Source of the DNA: Felis catus
Lineage: Eukaryota
Assembly: GCF_018350175.1 (NCBI RefSeq)
Contig: NC_058369.1
Location: forward strand, 25,050,001 to 25,114,000
Direction of reading: 5' to 3'
DNA length: 64,000 bases
Below are positions 36,101 to 49,540 of the stretch, one piece after another. Below the pieces are notes generated by a model. That model was not told the origin of the DNA. It made no database searches and worked only from the letters and a program-made list of their open reading frames with translations. Position 1 is the first letter of the stretch. Each line of letters starts with the position of its first letter. The position numbers and the translations under genes are program-made.

Positions 36101-38339
36101 CCGAAACCCAAACATCAGTCTGAGACGGAGAGAGAAGGGACGCTGGGAGAACTCTGTCTTCAGAGCGGAATCAATAGTCCACTTGAACTTAACCCAAGAG
36201 GCAGCAGCCCTGCCCAGGACACAGAGCCCTCACTGAATCCCAATTTCATAGCAACTAATAAATGAGAGTGGTGATAAATACCACACCCATCCGTTTCTTT
36301 TTTCTTTCTTTCTTTTTTTTTTTCCTGAGACAAATCTTCTCTTCAGAGTCCCCTTCAAAATAGCTGCCTCTGGAGACCTCCCTTTCCACTTTTGATGTGG
36401 ATCACAAAAGGCCTTACTGCTTTTCTCAGAGTTATTATGGGAATAACTCATGGCTGAAAGTTCTCATTTTATGAAACGGGGTCTTTTCACAAGGATGAAC
36501 ACCTTGCCCGAGTCACCTGCCTTTTACAAAACCCAGACTCCTTGGGTGACACAGATTGTCTCACAGCGACCTGCAGTTTCAGGTGAAAACCCCTCTCCAC
36601 AAACAATTCAACACCCTCACCCTCCTTACACAGTACCAGTGGGTCTCAGATCCAAGGAGACATAATTCTGGTGCAGCTTTCCATGATTTGTTTTCAGTTT
36701 TCAGTTTTCTAGTGGAGTACTATTTGATCTGCAACTCTTAGCTGCAAAGATTCAGGCAAAGGTTTTCCCGAGGCTGTCTTACAAACGCACAGACTTTTAA
36801 GAGCTTGCACTTGTCTCAGCCCTGAGCAAAGTGGGGGACCCAGCAAAGAGAGAACAAGCTTCAATCCAAGACTAAACTCTAGAGCGGACAAGAAAGCAGG
36901 CTCTCTCCATCCTCACGCTGCAGTGACCTGGTGCCTCACAGAGGGCCTCTGAAGAGTGCATTTGGCCCTGCAGACGTTACAGAAGAAGGCACTGGGCTCT
37001 GGAAGCACAAAGATGAACCACTGATGATCAGAGAGCGAATTAAAGGCTGCCAGGGTTTGCAAGAAAAAATACTGAGGGGGCCAAGAAATAGCTGAGCTGA
37101 GCAAATGTATTTTTTATGGGGACAAAGTCTGGGAAGGTGTCTCAGAGCAGGAGACACATGGGCAGAAATCTGAGGGGCTTTCTAGGTAGAAGAACTGGCA
37201 AGGGCAACAGCAGGAAAGTGCAGACCCACGGGGTGCTTTGCAAGAAAAGCAAATGCTTTGAAAGCACTGCTCTGACAGACTTGGGTCTTGCTTCAAGGAG
37301 CCTGAAGGTGTCCTATCTGTTTGGAGAAAGAAGGAAGTGAAATCACCATGAAAAAGCTCAGCCCTTTCAGGCAACCACCTGGGTCACCTCAAAGCCCACA
37401 TGTGGTACCTACCAGGTCTGGCACTCAGGAAATACTTGGCGATGCATGTCAAAAAACCCCCCAAAAAACAGCAGTGCCCACAAAAGGTGGACTTCAGCTC
37501 AATCTTGGGATCCCCTATTTACAAAAGTCTGACTCCCCACAAAGCAAGCCTGGGGTAGGTGGTGGCTGGTCGGGGAGGGAGGGAAGGCGTTCCTAAAATG
37601 GCCTCTTACCCTAGCCTCCTGCATGGAAAGGGGTCTGAATTCTTACAGGCCTGAAAACAAGCTGAGATTAGCCAGCTCTGGAAACAGCTCAGCTAATGAA
37701 GAATGTCAATCTCCTGAGGACCCATGGAGGTTCCCAGAAGCCCAGCCACTACTCTGCTGGAGGATTTTCAAACAAGCCACTTAACTGAGCCCCAGAAACC
37801 AGGGCCAGGATCACCCCAATGAGGATCCAAAGGAAATGTGAAACGACCACGGCACACACTAGACTTTATTTCTTTTCTAGGGGAGGGAGGGCACATTCAC
37901 ATCAACGGATCTGAGAATGATGAAGCCTGACTTCTGGCTGCTGACTATGAATAAGAAAGAAGAACCGAAACCCGTGGGCTGCAGCACTTCGTGGAAGAGG
38001 TGGAACTTGAGTGGGTCCCAGGGCAGGTAGCAGTGAAGGAGGCAGGAAGGGCAGGAGAGCCAGCAGGTGCCCTGGCAGAGGAAAAGGAAGGAAAGAACAG
38101 GGCACGGCCATTTCCTCTCACAGCCCTGCTTTGACTAGAAGCAAGAAATTGGTCCACGCAGAGGGCATCTTGGAGGAAACTTTCAATAATAAGATGTTCC
38201 TGCTGTTCAGAGCTCAAGTTCATTTTTAGCTTTATAATGGCAGCTTATAAAGGAACAGTAAATTGGGTTTTCTCTCCATGGCACCTATGATACTACCAAG
38301 CATTCAAATATGTTTTTCTACTAATTTTTAAATTTTAAA

Positions 38340-38543
38340 TTTTTTAAAGTTTATGTATTTATTTTGAGAGAGAGAGCACAAGCAGGGGAGGGGCAGAGAG
38401 AGGGAGAGACAGAATCCCAAGCAGGCTCCACGCACTGTCAGCACGGAGCCCGACACGGGATTCAATCCCATTAACCGTGAGATCATGACCTAGGCCAAAT
38501 TCAGTAGTTGGACGCTCCATTGACTGAGCTACCCAGGCACCCC
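38340..38543 (-). mobile_element. Can-SINE
   Basis: TSD ctaatttttaaattttaaa. Confidence 0.92.
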
Positions 38544-38704
38544 TAATTTTTAAATTTTAAAAGTAACATGGCATCATTATAATACATTCAAACCATACAT
38601 AAATATATAGTGTAAAAAAGTGAGTCTTCCCAAAGGACCTGATTTTTTTGTCCACCCCAATCCCACTTGCCAGAGGCAACCATGTCAAAGCCAGCTGTCA
38701 ATAA

Positions 38705-39132
38705 AGGGGGATATAAACCCAAATGCCTTCAGGGCCAAGGGTCAGGTACCTGAAAGGAAAGCCGGGGTGGGCCCTAGGGCACCACTGAGTGTATTGGCCC
38801 TCAGTCAGCTCCAGCTTACTGGGGGCCAGACATTCCAACTTTTCAAGAGAAGCTGGAAACTCCAGGTTAATACAAAATCTCACAATTTTTAAAATGCTGG
38901 CAACAAATTCTTTATTTTAAAAAGTGACAGAAGACCATGGGGGAGGGGATGGAAAAAAATTGGTTAGAGAGGGAGGGAGCCAAAACATAAGAGACTCTTA
39001 AAAACTGAGAACAAACTGAGGGTTTATGGGGGGTGGGAGGGAGGAGTGGGTGGGTGATGGGTATTGAGGAGGGCACCTGTTGGGATGAACACTGGGTGTT
39101 GTATAGAAAACAATTTGACAATAAATTTCATA

Positions 39133-39175
<43 letters not shown>

Positions 39176-39255
39176 AATAAAAAGTGCTATACAGGCCACA
39201 CAAAACACAGTTGCTGACTGGATTTGACCCAAGTGCCACCAATTTGGCAGTTCTT
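38705..39255 (+). mobile_element. MER102-like hAT-Charlie element split by an L1 3' end
   Basis: gagaagctggaaa...aaaatgctggcaac, then after the L1 caggccacacaaaacac...ggatttgaccc. Confidence 0.55.
38926..39180 (+). mobile_element. Felid L1 3' end with (TAAA)n tail
   Basis: cataagagactcttaaaaactgagaacaaactgaggg; TSD aaaagtg. Confidence 0.88.
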
Positions 39256-40660
39256 CCAGACATTTCCTTCTATCTAAACACACACAAGTTGCTGTGTACA
39301 CATTTTATTTTTTGTTTGTATTTTTCAAAAATGGAATGGTAACATTATCCTACCATTTGCTTTTTTCACTTAACATCCAGAGCATCCTTCCACCTCATAC
39401 ACATTTTAGACCCATACTGCAGAGCATGCTGTGGTATGGAAGTACCTGAATTCATTAGCCCCTGGCCTGTGAACATTCTGCAAACATGAAAGATGCACTT
39501 GAAATGTCGCCTCTCAGTTACTTAGTCTTAGCTCCGTCAACACTGAGAACATAATTCATGATGAAAGTGCACCTGTGTGCAGATATTAAAACATCCTAAA
39601 GCCACAGTTACTAAAACTATAAACGGTGACTGCAGATTTTTTATGTTTTCACAGGGGAACTTGCTCTGCCGTTTTCACCTGACCTTCACAAGTGTCCTGA
39701 GAGAGGACTCACTGTTATCTCTACTGTACAGATTTTTAAAAACTGAGACTCAAACAGGTGGCAGGAGCCTGCCCAAGAGAGCCTAGAGGTGGCAGGGTCG
39801 GGAGTGGAGCCTGGGTGGGCTGACTTCCAAGCTCCTGTTATATGCATACAGCCTCTGGAGCAGACAGCCAGAAACCTGCCCCAGGATATTCTGGAATTTG
39901 ACATATAATAAATGTTGGACCGCAAACCACTGGAGGAGAAAAGGATCACTAACAAATGGGATAATTCATTTCTTGGAAAGAAAAGCCTCCTTTTAAAGCT
40001 CTACTCACACTATCCAAAATAAATTCTACATAGATCATATCAGAGTGAAATGCTAAAAAGAAAAAAAAAAAAAAACCTATGAAATTCTGGGGGCGTAGGT
40101 TCTCAGGGTATAATGTTTTTCTTTAAGTGTGTGGAGCTGAATCATTATATATTTATAATTGGGAAATACCCATAAGGTACCTATAATGCAAAAACTGGCC
40201 CCTGTTCTCCAACATCTGGTTAAATAACCATACTGCTGGCACCTTCGTATTGGACGTTAAAGAAACTAGTGCCAGAATGCAGACCTACCTAAGACACTAC
40301 CACATGCTTCTTCATGATGCTGGAATTCAAAGTGATATGTTTCCCTGGGCTGTCATTCTATACAGCTCACAGCATTTTCTGTTGAGAAGTTTCAAGCAGT
40401 TTTCTCACCAAAAATGTTACAAGAAACATATTCATCAGGGTTGTGATCAGTTCATTTACACAAAATAAAATGGTGAACTTTCAGTAGAACTGACTTCATT
40501 AAAAGCTGGTGACTAATGGGGGTTTTCTCCATTTGAATTTTACTCTGGTTCTTCAATCCCTTTCTTATTTGTACCCAAGAAGCCACAGGTTTCACAAAAG
40601 CTTGGTCTTGGCTGGGAATTTCAGGGTCTTTGACCATATTCCATTTGAAGCCTGACATTT

Positions 40661-40883
40661 AAAAAAAATTTTTTTTTCAACGTTTATTTATTTTTGGGGG
40701 GACAGAGAGAGACAGAGCATGAACGGGGGAGGGGCAGAGAGAGAGGGAGACACAGAATCGGAAACAGGCTCCAGGCTCTGAGCCATCAGCCCAGAGCCCG
40801 ACGCGGGGCTCGAACTCCCGGACCGCGAGATCGTGACCTGGCTGAAGTCGGACGCTTAACCGACTGCGCCACCCAGGCGCCCC
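40661..40883 (-). mobile_element. Young felid Can-SINE
   Basis: TSD tgaagcctgacattt. Confidence 0.95.
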
Positions 40884-42702
40884 TGAAGCCTGACATTTTA
40901 AAATGATTCCACAAACTGAATGGAGAAATCGGTAGTGACCCAATCTCACAAAAATGGGATGGTAGCAGGGATCGGATTAAAATGGTGTATTGCACATTTA
41001 TTTAACCAAGTCTCCAGTATCATAAAATCATTATTTCACAGATCTTAGGCTTTGGAAGCTGTTATCGAATTCAAGTAAGACTAAGAAAAAGCAAAAATTT
41101 GTGTCGTGATGGGCAGGGGAGGTAGGGTGATACTGGTTGGTGTTACTAGGTTGAGATGAAGGCAAAATGCATAGCAAGTCAGTGAGAAATAAACAGAACT
41201 TTCAAGTATTTAGAGCCTGGAAGTTACTTGTGGTCATGCACTCTTACTGAATGTCTTCATATTTACTCCTCAGTGTTGGCAATGTGGTTAATCCAAGCAA
41301 AACTTGAACAACTACTCTGGCCTCTTCACCATGAATCACTGACAAATGGGGGGTCCAGACCCCATTCCAAGCCAAGGCTGGCTGGATCCAAGATGGTTTA
41401 ACTCAAGAGACTTCTGACCATTTAAAAATGTTGATGCTGTTCTAGAGCCCTGCTTAATATCCCAGCTCAACAAGATTACAAAATGATGAGAAGAATGTGG
41501 GAGCAAACCTGGCTGCCCAAGGTCAAGAATGAATAAATAGAAAAGTCTTCATCTATGGTTTCAACACAAGCACTAAAAATAAATGAGGCTTGAACATGGA
41601 AGCCTCAACAGACGGCTAATCATGGCTAATCTTGGATGCTTATCTTGCTGGTTTGTTACGAGCAATAGCTGGAGCACCGTATTTTTTCTCTCAAAACAAA
41701 TCTGAACTTTTATAATCAAATTCCTCACATTATTTTGGCAACCGGCACATCGACAGCTATTTTAAAAAAGCAAATGAGAAATACAGAGAGCTGCCTTCTG
41801 ATGTGTGCTGTGAAGCGACCACAGGCCTGGTCTCTGGAGCCCCACCTCCTTTATGAACACAAGCAAGGATAGCCTGAAGAACTTGCACATGCCACAGATG
41901 GGGCACTAGCAAATAAGTCCATTCAATTCATTGCTCAGAAACACGAACACCCTGAGTACAGCTTTTTCAAAGGACTGTCAACACCTCTTTGTTATACTGT
42001 CAGTTAAAAGTGAAACTCCAGTGGGTTGCTGACCTCTGCCCGATTCTTAGAAAAAAGAAAGGCTTAAACACTGATTAGCTGATATCTATCAGCCAAAGAG
42101 CTTCCTTACTTGGAAATGAGAGTTACTATTTGGCGTTATACTGTCAAGATTGATTAGAAGTGGAAAATCTGAATATGAGCAGTGATATTCCTAACACCTG
42201 AATACTCAGGAGGATTTTAAAGAGGAATGTGCTCCTATCGAAAAACAAGTCTTGACAAACTTAATTTCTGAATTAAAAATATATAACAAAAGTAGAAATA
42301 ACTTTTATAAAACAGTTTTTCATCATTATTTTGACTCCAGATTTCTCTGTAAGGATAATCTCTGGGAACAGCTTAGCTGGCTGCAACAATGAACAGCAAA
42401 TTGGTGCAGAAGCTCTGTGATCTCTGGCTCTACCATTGACTAGCTGAATGACCCGGTAACTCCCTTCTTAGCTTCCTTGACCCTTAGTTTCCTCATCTGT
42501 GAAACAGGAATAATGATTCCATTATCCCTTGAGGGGTTGTAGAGAGGTCTGTAGGAATCTAACTGATACATGTGTTTAAAAGCAGAACAAAAGATGATGA
42601 GACCACTGGGGGTCATTATACTATTCTTTCCATTTTTGCATGAGTTTAAATTTTTCATAATAAAATATTTTTTCAAAGACCAAAAAAAAGGGGGGGGGGC
42701 GA

Positions 42703-42925
42703 GGGGCACCTGGGTGGCTCAGTCAGTTAAGCATCCTACTTCAGCTCAGGTCATAATCACGCAGTTTGTGGGTTCAAGCTCCACATTGGGCTCTGTGCTG
42801 ACAGCTCAGAGCCTGGAGCCTGCTTCGGATTCTGTGTCTCCCTTTCTCAACTGGTCCCCTGCTCATACTCTGTCCCCCTCTCTTTCTCTCTCTCAAAAAT
42901 AAATAAACTTAAAAAAATTTTTTTA
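42703..42925 (+). mobile_element. Can-SINE
   Basis: Head/CT/tail structure. Confidence 0.9.
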
Positions 42926-43996
42926 AGGCCAAAAAGAGCATAGTCATAATTTCTGTACTTATTTTTTTTCAAGCAGACAAGGAGGTTTTTTGGTGTAATT
43001 ATGGACATTGGTTCAAATTTTCCTCCTAGCAAGTTGAAAAGTTGGTACCAAATCTGAAATAATTTTATTTTTATCCTGATTTGAATGACAGCTGTCACAA
43101 CTGGACACCTAAGAAGAAAAAGGCAATGGAAGTTTGCAATTTCCTGTTTCCCTTCTTCATTCCAATAGAAAAAAACAAAAATATGAAGGTGGTGAAAACT
43201 TAAGTCCTATTTACTTTTTCAATGTTATAATGCTGACTTCCTTGAAATCCCCATGTCTCTCTCAAAACTTCAAGACTAATATAAAAACACCTCCCAAGAA
43301 AATATCAAGAGATTGAAAAAGTGTGTCTTCCCCTGTGATTCAGAGCATTCATTCTGCCTACACCACAGTGAAAGTGGTTTTTTGTTTTATTTTGGTTGGT
43401 GTGTATCCATGTGTGCTTGAAGAGTAAATACTGCCACTGTTTTCCTTAAATAAGAATCAGAAAGGCATCACCCAAACCAGAAAACCAAGAGGGGAGTACT
43501 CAGAAAAGGCTTCCAGCTGTCACCCAAGGGAAGCTCAGTACCTTCTCCCTGGTTAGTGCTCTGTCCTGGAAACTGTCCCTTTAAGTCAGACTTCCTGGTA
43601 AGGCTCAGAGATTTCCGCATGCAGCTTCCTGGAGACGGTGTAAGATAAACAATAAACTTTGCAGCAAAATCTTGGACAATAAGCCCCACGTGGCCATAAC
43701 AAGAAGCAATTATAAGCTCTGACAATGGCTAGGACATTTCCAACAGGAATGCAAATCTGTGATAAACATGGGGGAAACATGTTACCCCACACACCTGCAC
43801 AAATTAAACTAATTAAAAAAAATAGTTCCTAGCCTCTCAACGGATTGAGAAATAGTTGCTTCCAAATTTGGCACTATTTTTCTTAAATCATTGTCTAAGA
43901 GAAAGGCAGTCTGGACTTTCTTAAAGTGCTACCACCTATTGATGAAAGCTGCTGAGGCCAAGGGACTCTCCATGAGTCACTTATTCCACATGTCTC

Positions 43997-44700
43997 TGTG
44001 AGGGACATTTATCCCTCTGGACACTCTGCAGTTCAACGGTCTTCCTAAGTTTGGGAAAGCCCCAACCCATGAACGAGAGCTCTTGTTCTACCAAAAGAGA
44101 TAAGGGTGCCACACACTTTCTTTCCCAGCCTCCCTTGCAGCTAGGGAATGAGAGCATGAGCTAGGCTCAGCCAATCAGATACCCGGACCCTAGACTTGGC
44201 ATCAAAAGCCAGTGTGCGAACAGCAGGGACACTGCAAATTCTATTCCTGTGGGGGTGGCAGCAGCTCACAGTGGCAGCAGTGAGTGCTGACTGAACAGCC
44301 ACATTAGTTGGCACAACCCATGCTATCTACCTCCACCCAGCAGTGGCAGCAATGGTGTGCTTGTAGGAAATGTTTGGTGGTGTAATTTGAGGTTGATCCT
44401 GGTTTCCTAATACTTCCCCAATTTTCTGAGCGTCTTGTGTCCTGTAGTAAATAATAAATTCCTTTTCTGCTTAAATCAATCAGAACTGGGTTTTGGGGCC
44501 CCTGGGTGGCTTGGTCAGTTGAGCATCCTACTTTAGCTTAGGTCATGATCTCATAGCTAGTGAGTTCGAGCCCCACATTGGGCTCACTGCTGTCAGCACA
44601 GAGCCTGCTTTGGATCCTCTGTCCCCCTCTCCCTATGTCCCTCCCCTGCTGGTGCAATCTCTCAAAACAAAAACAAAAATAAACCTGGGTTTTATTGCTA
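43997..44700 (+). mobile_element. LTR33-like ERVL solo LTR with a SINE inserted near its 3' end
   Basis: ttcccagcctcccttgcagctaggg...cagccaatcaga...aataaattccttttctgcttaaatca. Confidence 0.65.
44495..44683 (+). mobile_element. Can-SINE
   Basis: TSD ctgggtttt. Confidence 0.88.
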
Positions 44701-45189
44701 GGGGTTAGTTCATATACACAGAAAACAAGATAGGTTAAAGCTGAAGTCATCCAAAATCTGATCCCACAGAATGATTCTGAGCATAAGCATTGAATCACTT
44801 CTTTCACATTTCAAATTCAACCCAAACACTGTCCCTTGGCCCAAAAGACCCTACATCAATTGGCCTCTGTCTCCTCCCTAGACCTTACCTCATTGTATTC
44901 TCCCTCCTTCTCCCAAGCTCTGGTCACACTTTCTGTTCCTCATCAAGATATTTCCTGCCCCAGGGCCTTTGTATGTGTTCTCCAGAAAACTCTTTCCTCC
45001 AAATCTTCACAATGCAGCAGGATTCTTCTCATAGTTTGGTCCCAGCTTACAGGAAACCTTCCCTCCCAAGCTGCCTAATGGATCCCACTCCCCTGTCCCA
45101 TCATCTTCTAAATGACACCCTGTTGATTCTCTTTCCAGCATATATCCTGTGATTGATTAATGTATTTAATTATTAATAACATTAACAAC

Positions 45190-45370
45190 CACCACTGATT
45201 GGAAGCCTGCTATGCACCAGACATTAACCATTTCATTCTATGACCACTCTATGAGATAGGTACTTTTATTATCCTTAGCTTATATAGATGAGGAAGCAGG
45301 TTCAGAGGGGTTAAGGAAGTTGTCCAAGCTCAGCAGTGGTGGGATAGGGATTTGAATGTAGGTCTGTAAC
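45190..45370 (-). mobile_element. MIR SINE
   Basis: ctatgagataggtact...agatgaggaagcaggttcagaggggttaag. Confidence 0.72.
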
Positions 45371-46949
45371 ATGGCTCATTACCACAGCGTTCATTCAAGC
45401 AGTTGTCTGATAGCGACTAAACGAACATCAACCACAGTGTAGACTCTGCAGCAACAGGACAGACTCCGTTCTCATGGAGCCTACAGCCTGATGTTCCAGC
45501 TCTATCACCGGTTCTTCTATTATCCACAGACCCTGCTTAGGGAAGAAACGCAGCCAGGCATGTGTAAAGAGGGCACAGGGGTCCTTCATTCAACAGAAAA
45601 GTGCCCAGCTCTGTACTCAAAGCGTTGGGCATACAAAAATATCACAGGAGAACTCACGGGCCAGAAGGAACGCAGAACTGCAAACAATGCTTGCTGCTCA
45701 ATCTGTTGTGTTCCATGGCTTGGAATAGCAGGGACACTGAGGAAGCAGCCAGGGACAATTCTCAGGTTCCCCCCAGCAAAAGAGCTATGGGAGCAGTTCA
45801 TTAGGGATGTGTAGGAGGTGCCAGGCTGAGGAGAGGGTAGCCAGAGCAAAGGAGAGAGGTGGGGAGATGGTTAAAGAGCTGTGGCAGGGATGGGGTATGA
45901 AGGCTGGGAGATGAGAAGGTTGGAGCCAAGGTAGAAATTCCAACCGTATCCTGTGGAAAATGGCGAACGAGAGCAAGATTTTCAGCAAGAACAGACACAC
46001 GACCAGATATCAATTCTTTTTGTTAAGAACAGGGGCCATGACTATATAATACTGGTGATATGTCTTTGCCCCTTATTTCCTATTTTAAAGTACACATATA
46101 TATCAGCTCAAAGCCAGGAATTTAACAACAACAAAATTCCATTTCTATGATTCCTAACTCCCTCTCCTTGCTGAATGAAAAGTGAGATAAATTTCCTCTC
46201 CCAACAGGAGTTAAGCACAGCCATTCTCTCCCAGAATGTGAAATTACACAGAGCTCTCACATCAGTAATTTATGGAGAAAAGAAGGAATTCCCCGCCACT
46301 TGACTTTACAACTCCAATCACCTTTGCCCAGATTCTCCCAGTGTGATAACAGGAACCTCACCTCTGGGTTGTGTCATTATTAAAATGAAAGGCTGATTTT
46401 TATTTTTTAAAAATGTACAAGGTTGAGGCACATATGGCCTCCTGTGTTGAATGAGCACCTGGGGCTTGTGAGAAGGGTCCTCAGAACCACCCTCTGAGGC
46501 TAGGTAAGGCCAAGCACATAGTAACAGGCCCTCGTTTGCGGCTGAGGAGGTCTGGGAACCCCAAGGCCAGCCAAGGTGGCGGGCACATAGCATCTGGGAA
46601 GTAGACTGGAAATCAATGAAAGCAGCTTAGCACCGAGGTTAGGAATAGACATTTTGAGTCAAACAACCCAAATTCAAACCCCAGTGCTATGCTTACTCTG
46701 TAACTTCTGATGATTTACTTAACTTCTCTTTACCTCCATTTTATCATCTGTCACATGGGGGTAATAAGAGAATCCACCACACAAGGCAATATAAATTTAT
46801 ACTTTAATATAAATGTAAATTTCCATTTAATTAAATGTTAAATTTATATTTAACATAGAAATATGTTATATTATACATAACATTATGTAATACAGTAAAT
46901 AATAATGTTATTATCACCTACTCTAACCCAATTTGAGAAAGAATTTGTC

Positions 46950-47128
46950 GGGAGGCCTGGGTGGCTCAATTGGTTGAGCGTCTCACTCTTGATTTCGGCT
47001 CAGGTCCTGATTCTAGGGTTATGGGATCGAGCCCCACATCAGGCTCTATGCTCAGCATGGAGCCTGCTTAAGATTCTGTCTCTCTCTCCCTCTACGCCTC
47101 CCCCCCCTCTCTCTCTGTCTCTCAAAAA

Positions 47129-47187
<59 letters not shown>
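46950..47187 (+). mobile_element. Can-SINE with (TAAA)n tail
   Basis: TSD aaagaatttgtc. Confidence 0.92.
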
Positions 47188-47188
<1 letters not shown>

Positions 47189-49014
47189 AAGAATTTGTCA
47201 ACAAAAATGAGAGGTCTGAGGGGTAGAGCCCTGGGAGCAGTTGCTGGCAATACTCATGCGGTGATTCCTGAACACCTTTAGGCCAGTGACACTGACACTA
47301 ACGTGAAACTTATAGGCAGTTTGCTGAGCCAGAGTCTAGGCTCCACCACACATGAGCCACAGACTTGGGGGAGTCAGTCCTTAAAACCTTGATTTCCTCA
47401 CCTGTGCAAAGGGGACAGCAATAGTACCTCCATCACACATTAAGTCAAGTACTGGCATTCAACTTTACATGCATTTTTCACAGATAATCTCCCCCCACAA
47501 CACAGTAAATCATACACAATTATGATGTCTATTTTACAAACAAGAAATCCCATGGCTCAGAGATGTTAATCAAACTGCAAAGGGTACACAGCTAGACTCA
47601 CCTGCAGGAGGTCTGACCCAAAACCAGTACTCTAAGCCTCTGTCAATTCTGCACACCTGTGAAGCATGAGAAGGAGGCACCATAGTCCCTCTGCAGGATG
47701 AAGGGGTAACTGATGTGTGTGTGGGAATTGCCTTTTAAGAAGGGTGTGACAGATCCCTGCCCTTATGGCACCTGCTAGGCCATGAAACTCCCACTCGTTC
47801 AGCACCTCCCAGGTGTCAGGCACCATGATGAATGCTCATCACATCATCACCATCTCATCACCATGGCAACCTTCCGAGGCAAAGACTGGAGGACACTGAG
47901 GCTCAGAGAGGTTGAATTCCTGGTCCATGGGTCACAGAGTTTGTCAGCGGTTGGCATCCCAACACACATCTGGGTCTGTCCTACACCTACTCAGACTTGT
48001 GGATGGGCTCTGAAACACCCTTAATGTCTCTCAAGCGCCCCTCTCCCCCTCATTACCTCCCACTCTGAAAGCACAAAGCTGTTTATTCTGCACCAGGATA
48101 ATGACCATGGGGGCCGAGCAGGGCCATGGCACAAGCTATAATTACTGCAGACAACAATTTGCATTCCAAATCTGAAATGTGTTCAGGGCCTCACTTGAGC
48201 CCTGTAATCAGCTTAGCCTCTGCCCAAATCTCTCTCTATATGAAGACATACTTGATGACCTGAGCCACAGTGGAGTTTGGAAAATCTGCCTCTGCCCCCA
48301 GCGAACTGCCATCTGAGGAAAAACCATACTGAGAAATAGCAGGGTTGAGTGAGATTTAAACCCTGGAGAGGTCAAATTCCTCTGTTGCAGAACAAGGCAA
48401 ATAGTAGCCAGCACAGGGGACAGGCAGGGCAAGACCGGTAAATAATTAAAGTCAGGAAATGCATTACATAACACACGGGCCTCAGTGCCCAGAGGTGGAA
48501 TGGACCGCTCCCCCCGACCTCTTTTATCACATAGTGCTGTCTTGCCTATGAGTCACATGTCAGGGCGTGGTGGTCCAGCTGCCCAGGACAACACAGGACA
48601 CCTACTAGATCAGTGAAAGGCACATTATGAGAAAAAAAAAATACATCATCTGCATCAGAGGGAGAATTCCAGTAGGACCTTTCCATGGACAAAGAATGTT
48701 ATGATTTGGGTACTCCCAGGGGTGGAAGGATGGTACAGTGAGGAGAGTGGGGTTACCAGAATTTTCAACCCTGCATCTGGCCACTTTTACTATATCCGAA
48801 TCACAGAAGGATTTGTACTAAGTGGCTAGAGTCCTGAGTACTGGTTAACTGGAATTCACCAGGGCTCTACTTTCTTTTAGTAGAGGAAGAGGACAAACCA
48901 CATGTCAATTTCCATAACCCCCAAATCCTGACCGAAGACTTTCACATGAAACCTCTATTGCGCTGACAGTATCTGCAAGCCAAATGTAGACTGCCCTAAG
49001 AATCAGTGTTTCTT

Positions 49015-49226
49015 GGGGCGCCTGGGTGGCTCAGTCAGTTGAGCGACTGACTTCAGCTGAGGTCATGATCTCGCAGTTCGTGAGTTCAAGCCCCACATCA
49101 GTCTCTGTGCTGATGGCTCAGAGCCTGGAGCCGCTTTGGATTCTGTGTCTCCCTCTCTTTGCCCCTTCCCCACTCATGCTCTGTCTCTCAAAAATGAATA
49201 AACGTTAAAAAAAATAAAAAAAAAAT
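49015..49226 (+). mobile_element. Can-SINE
   Basis: TSD-like cagtgtttct. Confidence 0.9.
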
Positions 49227-49231
49227 AATCA

Positions 49232-49540
49232 CAGTGTTTCTCAAACCTTCCTGTGCCACACATCAGCTGAGGAGCCTGTTAAAATGCTGATTCTGATTCA
49301 GGTCTGGGGTAGAGCCTGAGATTCTACTCCTTTTTTTTTTTTTTTAAAGTAGGCTTCATACTCAGCGCGGAACCAAATGTGCGGCTTGAACTCACGACCC
49401 TGAGAATATGACCTGAGCTGAGATCAAGAGTCAGATGCCTAAACAACTGAGCCACCCAGGTGCTACAAGAGTCTGCATTTCTAATGAGCTCCCAGGTGCT
49501 ATTTCTGCTACTGCCCCATGGGCCACACTTTGAGAATCTT
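49232..49540 (+). mobile_element. MER5A-like MITE split by a SINE
   Basis: cagtgtttctcaaac...tctgcatttctaatgagctcccaggtg...ccacactttgagaa. Confidence 0.72.
49331..49465 (-). mobile_element. Short Can-SINE
   Basis: T tract plus head; lacks the CT tract. Confidence 0.85.

Noticed and set aside
46788..46915. AT-rich stretch with short palindromes
   Set aside because: Low-complexity AT DNA gives such short inverted repeats by chance.
47597..47625. Second AG|GT motif on the minus strand (cctcctgcag|gtgagt)
   Set aside because: It lies in a decayed MIR-like stretch with a short pyrimidine tract and has no supporting exon frame.
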